From NCBI GenBank assembly GCA_946965045.2, contig OX337241.1, positions 1 to 64,000 on the forward strand: a DNA stretch of 64,000 nt. Reading direction: 5' to 3'. Position numbers and translations under genes: made by a program. The notes beneath the pieces are model-generated. The model ran no database searches. It was not told the DNA's origin and saw only the letters and a program-made list of their open reading frames with translations. Shown here piece by piece: positions 1 through 9,050 of this stretch (the stretch's first letter is position 1; every line of letters begins with the position of its first letter). Origin of the DNA: Epithemia pelagica (lineage: Eukaryota; Protista; Bacillariophyta).

Positions 1-589
1 ACCCTAACCCTAACCCTAACCCTAACCCTAACCCTAACCCTAACCCTAACCCTAACCCTAACCCTAACCCTAACCCTAACCCTAACCCTAACCCTAACCC
101 TAACCCTAACCCTAACCCTAACCCTAACCCTAACCCTAACCCTAACCCTAACCCTAACCCTAACCCTAACCCTAACCCTAACCCTAACCCTAACCCTAAC
201 CCTAACCCTAACCCTAACCCTAACCCTAACCCTAACCCTAACCCTAACCCTAACCCTAACCCTAACCCTAACCCTAACCCTAACCCTAACCCTAACCCTA
301 ACCCTAACCCTAACCCTAACCCTAACCCTAACCCTAACCCTAACCCTAACCCTAACCCTAACCCTAACCCTAACCCTAACCCTAACCCTAACCCTAACCC
401 TAACCCTAACCCTAACCCTAACCCTAACCCTAACCCTAACCCTAACCCTAACCCTAACCCTAACCCTAACCCTAACCCTAACCCTAACCCTAACCCTAAC
501 CCTAACCCTAACCCTAACCCTAACCCGAACCCGAACCCGAACCCGAACCCTAACCCGAACCCGAACCCTAACCCTAACCCTAACCCTAA
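1..589 (+). repeat. Telomere, (CCCTAA)n = (TTAGGG)n on the minus strand, about 98 units, with six CCCGAA variant units at 524-565
   Basis: Uninterrupted hexamer array from base 1, in the orientation expected for a left chromosome end. Confidence 0.99.
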
Positions 590-1068
590 TGGTTGGGACG
601 GGATCCCAATCCCATCGGGCGTGGGGTGGGGGGTGCTGATTTTAGATCGGCTTAAATAAAATCCCGCCTACACGGAAAATGTCGGCGCGCTCTATAATGG
701 CCTCTCCGACTCTAACCTAAAAAGTACAAAAAATTGACCAGAATTGACCATCGCCAGAATAGGATCTTCTACAGACTTTTCGCTTTCCCGCCAAAAAAGC
801 AAAAATCTAGCGCTAGTAGCTTTATGAGCCAATGAACAAGTATGGCCATATTGAATATGACCACTTGAGAAGTAAATAGAGGGCATAGGTAAATTCCTGG
901 CTCAATCGCAACGGGGGTTATGAAAAATTGCAGCTCATCTGCAAAATGAGCATAACAAATTTGCTCATATGCAACAAAGCACTGTAGGATATTCTGCTCA
1001 TATGCACACGTTCAAATCCTACGGTCTCTAGTACTAAAACATGCCAAAAAAGGGGAAAATACTTAGGG

Positions 1069-1597
1069 CATTCTCCAACGTGCCAGGAATCATATTACTC
1101 AGTACATCGGGCCACCTTCCCAAAGTGTCGCTTGGATGCAATAATGGTTCAATCGAACTTGCAAACTCGTTGGGTAACCTGCTGCAGGGCGGCGGCATGG
1201 TGAATATTGAATTCTCAACTTGAATTATTGGGGTCCAGTTGGTTTCTTGCTGCATGGTTTCTCTTTGGGGCCTTGGCATGAAGCATCCACACTTCAGCTT
1301 GAGGAAAGTCTTGGCAATGACTTTGGCACTAGCGCAACAACCAGCAACGTGCTTCTCGCACAAAAGCTTCACATGAAACATCTTGTCACAGTCACTACAG
1401 AAATACTTGATTCTTGTATCATTTGACTCATGAATGAAACAATCAAACGGTTGGTTGTTGGCATTCTCCACAAGAGTGTGTATTTTGTTACCAAGATGTC
1501 TCCCAGGAAAGCGAAAGGACACCCCATGAATTTTGGAGCAGGTCTTGGCGTGGCGGGCAAGACACTTCATGTTTGCTCAGAAACCACCACCACAGAG
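1069..1597 (-). pseudogene. Truncated, diverged duplicate of the 5' part (zinc-finger region) of the subtelomeric gene at 1488-3503
   Basis: Colinear with 2912-3440 (same 1843-bp offset at both ends). Near-identical telomere-proximally, more diverged distally. ORF 1034-1570 translates to a paralog of the zinc-finger region (MKCLARHAKTCS...LSNMIPGTLEN). Confidence 0.9.
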
Positions 1598-3503
1598 CTT
1601 GTGGAAAAAATCTCCTTGTATTGGGCCCATTCCAAACTTTCAGCACCACAACTCTGTAGAGAAATAGACACCTTGCTATGATCCGAGGCATCTTGTGTTC
1701 AACGGGGGGTCGATCATAAGCTTGCAGTTTGGGTTGTTTACGACTCGGTGCAGAAACATATAAATCTTGGTAGTTTGTATTTTTCCACCGAAGCTGAGTC
1801 ACATCGAGACAATGGACCTCTGAGAACCGATCTGCACCACAGCCAAAACCATGGATGGCAAATTCCATCAAGGCAGTTAGTCGTTCGAACTGACTTTTCA
1901 CCAGTTCCTTGCATTCCAAATCTTGTGTGTTGGTACCATCTGGCAGCGATCCCAAACCCTTGGACCACTCCACAATAGTCAAGTCACCATCTAAGCAGAG
2001 GAATTTCTCGTATGCCTTTCCGACAAAGCATGCATCAAAAATACCGTGGGCCTTTTCCACAACCGTAGGAACGACCTTAGACCAATGTGCTTTTTGGAAT
2101 GCATGTCCATCAACAATGATATTGAAGAACTCATCGACCACAACCTCCCTTTTAGGAGGCTTCTCTTGATATTGCTTCCTCAAAGAATAAATCTTAGGAC
2201 AGAGAAAGTGTATTGTAGGACAATGTCTGTACCGTTCCATGACCTGCTCGACCAACTTGCCCTGCCCATCATAGTATTTTAAGCCAGCCGCAACCCCACA
2301 GCGAAGCAGATGTAAAAGGTCAGCTAGAAAGAGATGAAAGAAGACATGAGATTTGAACAACCAAGTATATTCATTGACAGGGGGAAAGGGGGACTCACCG
2401 AGTTCTTGAGCGGCAACTCCACATGATTTCAACCTCAAGCCATTCTTCGTCTTAGTGAACAACCTCTGCCGAGAGAACAGTAACACTACCCCTGAGTTGG
2501 ACCAACAAGAAATCTCACTGTCGAGTACCAACTCTGTCAGGAGTGACCCAAGAACACAATTTTGGAATGCAGTGTCCACAGAGAATCCATCACCTTCAAC
2601 CTGGCGGCAAAAATAGTTCCATCTCTTCCACTGCCTCTGATGCAGGAAACACAAGAGAGAGAGGAGTAGAGGTTTCACTCGTTTGTCATAATCATGTCGA
2701 TGGCTGAAATTCCATGAGTGATCCACATCACCATCATGGAAAGCAAACTTAGCAATCCGACTCCGAATGTCTGCTGGAATCCCCATTACGATCGAAGCCA
2801 TCCTGTCCAGAAGGTAACAACCAACCTGATAGAGTCGGTTGATTGCAGTGTTATTTCCTCTCTTATGATACTCGGCTTCAAACATAATTCCTTGTTCAAT
2901 GTCTCCAAGGACATTCTCCAACGTGCCAGGAATCATATTACTCAGTACATCGGGCCACCTTCCCAAAGTGTCGCTTGGATGCAATAATGGTTCAATCGAA
3001 CTTGCAAACTCGTTGGGTAACCTGCTGCAGGGCAGCGGCATGGTAAATGTTGAATTCTCAACTTGAATTATTGGGGTCCAGTTGGTTTCTTGCTGCATGG
3101 TTTCTCTTTGGGGCCTTGGCATGAAGCATCCACACTTCAGCTTGTGGAAGGTCTTCGGAATCACTTCAGCATTGTTGCAACAACCAGCAGTGTGCTTCTC
3201 GCACAAAAGCTTCTTGTGAAACATCTTGTCACAGTGACCACAGAAATACTTGATATCTGTTTCCTTGGACTCGTGTATGAAACAATCAAACGGTTGGTTG
3301 TTGGCATTCTCCACCAAGTCGTGTATCTTTTTTCCAAGATGTCTTCCAGGGAACCGAAATGACACTGCATGAACCTCAGAGCAAGTCTTGGCGTGACGAG
3401 CAAGGCACTTCATGTTTGCTCGGAAACCAACACCACAGAGTTTACAGACCAAGCCACAGGGTGTGGCAAAGTCCACAAGCCCCAAGTAATCGTCAAACTC
3501 CAT
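1488..3503 (-). CDS. Subtelomeric zinc-finger protein with a putative tyrosine-recombinase-like region, resembling the N-terminal half of fungal telomere-linked helicase proteins; C-terminus truncated near 1600
   Basis: Long ORF, first ATG at 3503. Cys/His clusters CKLC...HAKTC and CGHC...HTAGC. Motifs IHGFGCGADRFSEV and HKMPRIIARCLFLYRVVV. A 75-nt GTGAGT...TCTAG intron (2324-2398) is in frame and gives AAQELADLLHLLRCG when spliced. The last ~35 codons come from the duplicated copy read in another frame. Confidence 0.7.
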   Translation of the reverse strand: MEFDDYLGLVDFATPCGLVCKLCGVGFRANMKCLARHAKTCSEVHAVSFRFPGRHLGKKIHDLVENANNQPFDCFIHESKETDIKYFCGHCDKMFHKKLLCEKHTAGCCNNAEVIPKTFHKLKCGCFMPRPQRETMQQETNWTPIIQVENSTFTMPLPCSRLPNEFASSIEPLLHPSDTLGRWPDVLSNMIPGTLENVLGDIEQGIMFEAEYHKRGNNTAINRLYQVGCYLLDRMASIVMGIPADIRSRIAKFAFHDGDVDHSWNFSHRHDYDKRVKPLLLSLLCFLHQRQWKRWNYFCRQVEGDGFSVDTAFQNCVLGSLLTELVLDSEISCWSNSGVVLLFSRQRLFTKTKNGLRLKSCGVAAQELGESPFPPVNEYTWLFKSHVFFHLFLADLLHLLRCGVAAGLKYYDGQGKLVEQVMERYRHCPTIHFLCPKIYSLRKQYQEKPPKREVVVDEFFNIIVDGHAFQKAHWSKVVPTVVEKAHGIFDACFVGKAYEKFLCLDGDLTIVEWSKGLGSLPDGTNTQDLECKELVKSQFERLTALMEFAIHGFGCGADRFSEVHCLDVTQLRWKNTNYQDLYVSAPSRKQPKLQAYDRPPVEHKMPRIIARCLFLYRVVVLKVWNGPNTRRFFPQALWWWFLSKHEVSCPPRQDLLQNSWGVLSLSWETSW

Positions 3504-3570
3504 GGTGGCTGTTGTCGTTCCTATGGTCAAAATAGGTTTGGGACGTATGACCCTTTGCAGCCAAAAAAGA

Positions 3571-4182
3571 GGCCCTAAAGAGGGTCATTCACCTCAAAAA
3601 CTGAAAAGGCCCTAAAGAGGGTCATTCACCTCAAAAACTGAAAAGGCCCTAACACCAGAGATCATTCACCTCAAAATCTTTGAGCGACAAGAAGGAATAT
3701 GGTTTACTATGGAGAGTTAATGTAGGTTCTGAAATCGACCTTTTTCCGGTCGAAATCGACCTTTTTCCGGTCGCACTAAATATAGCACGCAGCAATACAG
3801 TGATTTGAAATCGACCTTTTTCCGGTCGCGCATGTGATTCTACAGAGTGAACTTAGTGCGCACCGGAAAAAGGTCAATTCCTAGCAAAACTATTAGGGTC
3901 ATTCACCTCAAAAACTGAAAAGGCCCTAACACCAGAGATCATTCACCTCAAAATCTTTGAGCGACAAGAAGGAATATGGTTTACTATGGAGAGTTAATGT
4001 AGGTTCTGAAATCGACCTTTTTCCGGTCGAAATCGACCTTTTTCCGGTCGCACTAAATATAGCACGCAGCAATACAGTGATTTGAAATCGACCTTTTTCC
4101 GGTCGCGCATGTGATTCTACAGAGTGAACTTAGTGCGCACCGGAAAAAGGTCAATTCCTAGCAAAACTATTAGGGCCTTTTC
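3571..4182. repeat. Subtelomeric repeat block: 37-bp tandem units, then two 277-bp tandem copies, with internal GAAATCGACCTTTTTCCGGTCG repeats and a 13-bp inverted repeat GAAAAGGCCCTAA/TTAGGGCCTTTTC
   Basis: Direct reading: 3621-3898 repeats at 3898-4175. GGCCCTAAAGAGGGTCATTCACC recurs at 3571 and 3608. Inverted-repeat arms at 3917-3929 and 4170-4182. Confidence 0.9.
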
Positions 4183-4720
4183 TGAGGCCACCACCTCTGC
4201 TCCTCTTCCATCGTTCATTCCCTTACCCCTTGTTGTTGTGTTTTTGCTGCATCTGGGGTGGTGAGGGCGATGAGGGATGGCCATTCCTCTTGCCTTGGCC
4301 CTGCAGATGGGGCAGTCGATGTCGGACTCAAAGATGACCGAAAGGTCCATCTTTCTCCAACCTGAACGCTTCTTCCAACTCTTCTTTGGCCAACGAGAGT
4401 ACTGATTTCCGTATCGTTGCGACTGTGGCCCCATGGCCTTGGCCGCTGTGAATTGTGCTGCAGAACTCATGATCTCTATTTGTTATTCTAACTTATTGAA
4501 GTGTATCCTCTTTTCCAGGCTTCTGACCATGCTCAAAAGGGTCATGAGATGGTCAGAAGAGGACTTGTCGCAATGGTCGACTTGGCCATGCTATGGGCGA
4601 CCGTGAAGGACCGACCGGATCGGCTGATGGAATCTTCCCTCCATGTTTTTTGTCCGTGATTCGATGGGTTCCCGGGACACGGTAAGACACTTGTAACGAC
4701 ATTTGTTTCCTAAGTGATTT
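4183..4720 (-). pseudogene. Decayed reading frame with a CxxC...HxxHHxxC cluster, cut by the repeat block
   Basis: ORF 4117-4470 (CPICRAKARGMAIPHRPHHPRC) runs into the repeat block at 4182. The same frame continues upstream through isolated stops (KNMEGRFHQPIRSVLHGRP*...FNKLE*QIEIM). Confidence 0.35.
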
Positions 4721-7156
4721 TTTGTGAAACGACATTTCTAACCCAATCATATTGCTGCCTTTTGAAACTAACACCCCTTCAGTGTGCGACACTATCAGTA
4801 TTGGACAAGAATACATGGTGCTTTCGTCGACTGTTCTACGAGCAGCAATCGAGCAGATTGAATCATTCTCTGAAAGGATCGTCGGGAGATCGAGATGTCA
4901 ATGTTTGCTACCATGACAAAGGCAAAGATGCAACTTGAAATGCACAACACGTTGCATCCATATCCTTCAATGGTGAACCTATATAATTATCATTTGGGTC
5001 TCAAACAATTGTCTTGATTTCTGCATAGAACTGTTACCTTTTGCGATATCCTCGTAGTGTAAACAATGAAATCATGTGTGATACGGCGTGGGCATGACAA
5101 TTCTGTTCTCCGCAAACTCGCGGCGTGCTAGGGTGGATGGTGATGGTAAAATTCGTCACTGTGTGGTTGGATCGATCATATTATCCTGCTACGGAAGATG
5201 GCAGTTTGGCCATGAAACACGTACAAGGAAAGTCCCGACGTGTCTCCTTCTTTCTTCTTATAGGTTGCGTCTCCTTCATCTGCTGGGGAGTTGGTTTCGT
5301 CTGGTGTGTGGACAAGGACGACTCTTTGTTGAAAACATAATATTCACTCATTGTGTCGTCCATGTGGCACTGGGATCATTCGAACGGCAGTGCATGTCTT
5401 TATTGGCGTGACGCTACTTGAGTCCTCTCCTTTTGTTCATTGGATGGAGTGTTGTCTTGACACCACAAAACTTGCATTTTGTTGTAGTGGAAGCACTAAT
5501 GTTGGGGTTGGTGACTGCAGTGGTTGAAAAGCTGGAGTTTGTGGTACAATCCCGACGGCAGAATACGGGTGGCCTGTGGTGATTAGACAATGGTGCTCCA
5601 GTCCTCCAGCCCACTCTGACCAGAGATAATAATGAAACACTTCCCACTGCTGATTGCAACACAAGGCACTTGAGCATGCGTCCAGTTCACAGCTGTTACG
5701 CAGAAATGGTGCATTCAGATCGAATGGTCCACCAAGTTGGAATGAACTCCACGTCTTATTGACGCACACCATAAGGCTTCGCTCAAGGCTTTCACTCCAT
5801 TCACAGAAGGAAACCGCACGTTGGAGATCTCGAAGTAAGTCCAATGGGTATTTTGCTGCATTGTTGCTGCACTACAGCATGTGCTGCTCTCACAATACCA
5901 CTGATCCAACGGAGCGATAGCTAATCAGCAAGATCTCGCAGGACGGATTCTGATCGAGAGCATTCACCACAGAACCGGCGTTTCGTCCAGAGCTTTTACA
6001 CCACTTCATGACAGCTCGGGATCTCGGTTTGAAGTGGCTTTGACAAATGCATGGGCGAGCGCTTCAATGCCCACGTCATCGATATTCGTATGGTCGATCC
6101 TCGGACCGGACAAAATCCCGAATGACTTGTGCACCTCGATTCTTGACGTTTGCTATTGACCAAGCTAGACAACAACAATAGGTTCACAAAGTGGTCTTTC
6201 ATTTTTCGTCGCATGTTGTCGCTGACCTGGGTGCCACACAATTCCATGGCAAAATCTCTGCTGATTTCACGGTTGTTTAGCGCAATCCTCATAGAGACCA
6301 CATGTTGGTCAATTTCCTCGTCGAGGTCAATCGTCGTCGTGTTTTTTCCTGTAGTTTGACGTTGCCACTGGCTTTGCTCTTCAAAATACAAATTTTTCAC
6401 AATTCATCGTCCTCTTTTGGTGGGTCTCCTGGTTGAGCGCGGTCTGCAAGAGTTGTTGTGTGTCTCAATCCTATTCAAAAAGAGACACAACTCGTTTGAC
6501 CAAGTACAAAGCATCAATGGACATGGTTTGCGCGTAGAAGTAGATAAGCGTTCACTCGAGACCTGGAGTACCTGCATAAAGCTTTCAACGGAGAGCAAGA
6601 CAACAGTGTATAACCATGGATCCGTCTTCTCTTGCGAGGATGTTGGTTGATGTCATAGCGATCCTCTTGGACGTCCATTGGCTCGCCTCTCGATCACAAA
6701 CACGAGAGTGCTGTCATTCATATTGATCGCAACGGTCCTGGATGTGTCATGACCAGCGTCTCTCTATTTGGGATACGAAGATGTCGATGTATAGAGCATA
6801 GAACAATGCGTGTGGATGTGGCGCATCCGATGTGGATCATTGGGCTGACAACGAGCGTTTTGGGGGATTCGTATGGACGACATGCGCTCTAATACTTAGA
6901 GACCATTCTCTCGCTAAACGTGACGCCAAGACCAAATGACGGTCTAAGCAAAGTGCGTGCACGTGCCAACGGGTGGGCAGCCGCCAAACAAATTACACAA
7001 CGTCTCTACTTAGACAAACCGTTCTGCGCGCGACGAGCATTGAAGGATGGAGAGCATGAGTCCATCTTATTGTGGGAAACACATCTTGGACCACAAAGGA
7101 AACGAGAAGCGAGAACCCAGCCGAAGAGTCCAACCAAAGAGCCGAACGATAACACC

Positions 7157-8527
7157 ATGAACCGTCACGAACAAGAACTACCACAACACCAATGGATGCT
7201 TCACGTTGGAGTGGCCAAAGAGACGGAGAAAGAACGACACATTGACTTTGGAGGCGAGAGGAGATTGAGCGATCGAACGGGTCGACGTTGCTGGATAGGA
7301 TGGACGTTGATCAGTTTGTTCCTAGCTCTTGTTCTGATCCACAACTGTCTTCCGAATCATGAACATGAGCATGGACCTCTGCTGTCCATATGGCGTTCAG
7401 TCTCACATCCAAGCCGTGTTCGTGCTCTTCGACGACACGCAGCACCTGCAAGTCTTTCCATCAATGGGCCAATTCAAGAGGAACGACAACCAAGGCGACA
7501 ACTTTCCACAACAGAAATCAATCGCATTTATTTTGATCCCTTTTCGTTGGAACTTGCCATGCCATTGCCCATTCCCTGCACGACGGATGGAATGGCCTTG
7601 ACCGTGGCCAATGAAGCCAACGCTGTGTTTCGCAGACAAATTGTGACACTGCATGGTTGCAACTCGTGGTTGCCCTTGCAACCCTCGAATGTCATTTTGG
7701 GTACAGCTTCCTGTGGGTCTGCAACGTCAGGTGTGGTGGAATTGCAAGGTGGACTCTTGGAATTTGACAGTGCAAGTAGCGCCGCAACAGTCTCGTCCAT
7801 TTCTGCCGATTCTGTGGAACAATGCGTCCAATCAGTCCTCACTTCACCAGACATGTTGGTGGCACTTCAAAAATCATACCCCTATGTGTCCCAAATTGAC
7901 TATGTACCCTTGGTGACTGAAACTCCATCGTCCTCTCCTTCCATGTCACCAACCTTTGGGTCCATTGTGGGAGCCAATACTGTGGCGGCCGTCCAAACCG
8001 ACACTACTACAGAAACACCCACCCCGGCTCCGTCCATGGCGCCCACTACTCCTACCACACCATTGGGCGCACAAACATCCCCACTGGCAGAGGATAGTAG
8101 CACTGCACGGTCCAACACCAACCAAAACGACGCTTCTTCTTCTCCCGAAGCGGACGCAGTCGTCCAGTCCCCACGGTTTTGGGTCATTTTGGCCTTGGTG
8201 ACAACGGTTGCCCTGTGCATACTCCCCTACCTGGTCATGATGGCCCTGGCCTACCGTCGTCGTAGCAACAAGGATTATGATGCCAGTTTGAGCGGCGACG
8301 ATTATTACGACGACGACCACAAGATTTACAAACGAAACAATAAGACCACCGAAGGTGTTCAGAGAGTCGATCCGTACTACATCAGCAACAGCAATGATGA
8401 TGAAATCCCCACCAACATTGAATGGAATGATACCATGGTTACGCAAGAAGAAGAAGACAGTTATTTGGATGGCCAATTAGGATATCAGTGTGATAACGTT
8501 TATGGACCGTGTGATACTGCCAGATGA
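7157..8527 (+). CDS. Hypothetical membrane protein with two hydrophobic segments and a Thr/Pro/Ser-rich stalk
   Basis: ORF 6920-8527, first ATG at 7157. Hydrophobic WTLISLFLALVLIH and FWVILALVTTVALCILPYLVMMALAY followed by RRR. Confidence 0.7.
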   Translation: MNRHEQELPQHQWMLHVGVAKETEKERHIDFGGERRLSDRTGRRCWIGWTLISLFLALVLIHNCLPNHEHEHGPLLSIWRSVSHPSRVRALRRHAAPASLSINGPIQEERQPRRQLSTTEINRIYFDPFSLELAMPLPIPCTTDGMALTVANEANAVFRRQIVTLHGCNSWLPLQPSNVILGTASCGSATSGVVELQGGLLEFDSASSAATVSSISADSVEQCVQSVLTSPDMLVALQKSYPYVSQIDYVPLVTETPSSSPSMSPTFGSIVGANTVAAVQTDTTTETPTPAPSMAPTTPTTPLGAQTSPLAEDSSTARSNTNQNDASSSPEADAVVQSPRFWVILALVTTVALCILPYLVMMALAYRRRSNKDYDASLSGDDYYDDDHKIYKRNNKTTEGVQRVDPYYISNSNDDEIPTNIEWNDTMVTQEEEDSYLDGQLGYQCDNVYGPCDTAR

Positions 8528-9050
8528 AGCCCCTGACAGTGTGTCATGCATGGAAATGGTGGATACCACACAACAAACAAAGATCTTTGTGCCACAACAA
8601 TTGAAATACCCCTCTCAAACAAGGGGACAGGAGGCCTCTACGACGAGACGGTATGCAACGAACCGAACTACCTACCTGACCATCAACATGCAGGCCCAAA
8701 AGTCCGGACACGGTCGACACTACAGCAACAAAAGTCGCTCTCGAGGACAATCGCCACACTCACTAGCTACTACCAGAACACAAAATGCCATGATTTTCTA
8801 CGTGAACTGTTACTACAAGTGAAATTCCTTCACAACAACAATGACAAATCACAACAAACGAACCAATGCTGGCGACATGTTGTTCCGTACCAACAACAGA
8901 GAGTGAACGAGGGTACAACTCGTCCATATTTGGAGATAAGCATTTGTTTTCTCTTGTGGTCATCTCCTCCCAAATGCTGAAACTAGGAACGGGGTGTCGC
9001 AAAACAAGCCACTCTTGGTGTTGTAATTGTGTAGTACCCCATATAGAATT

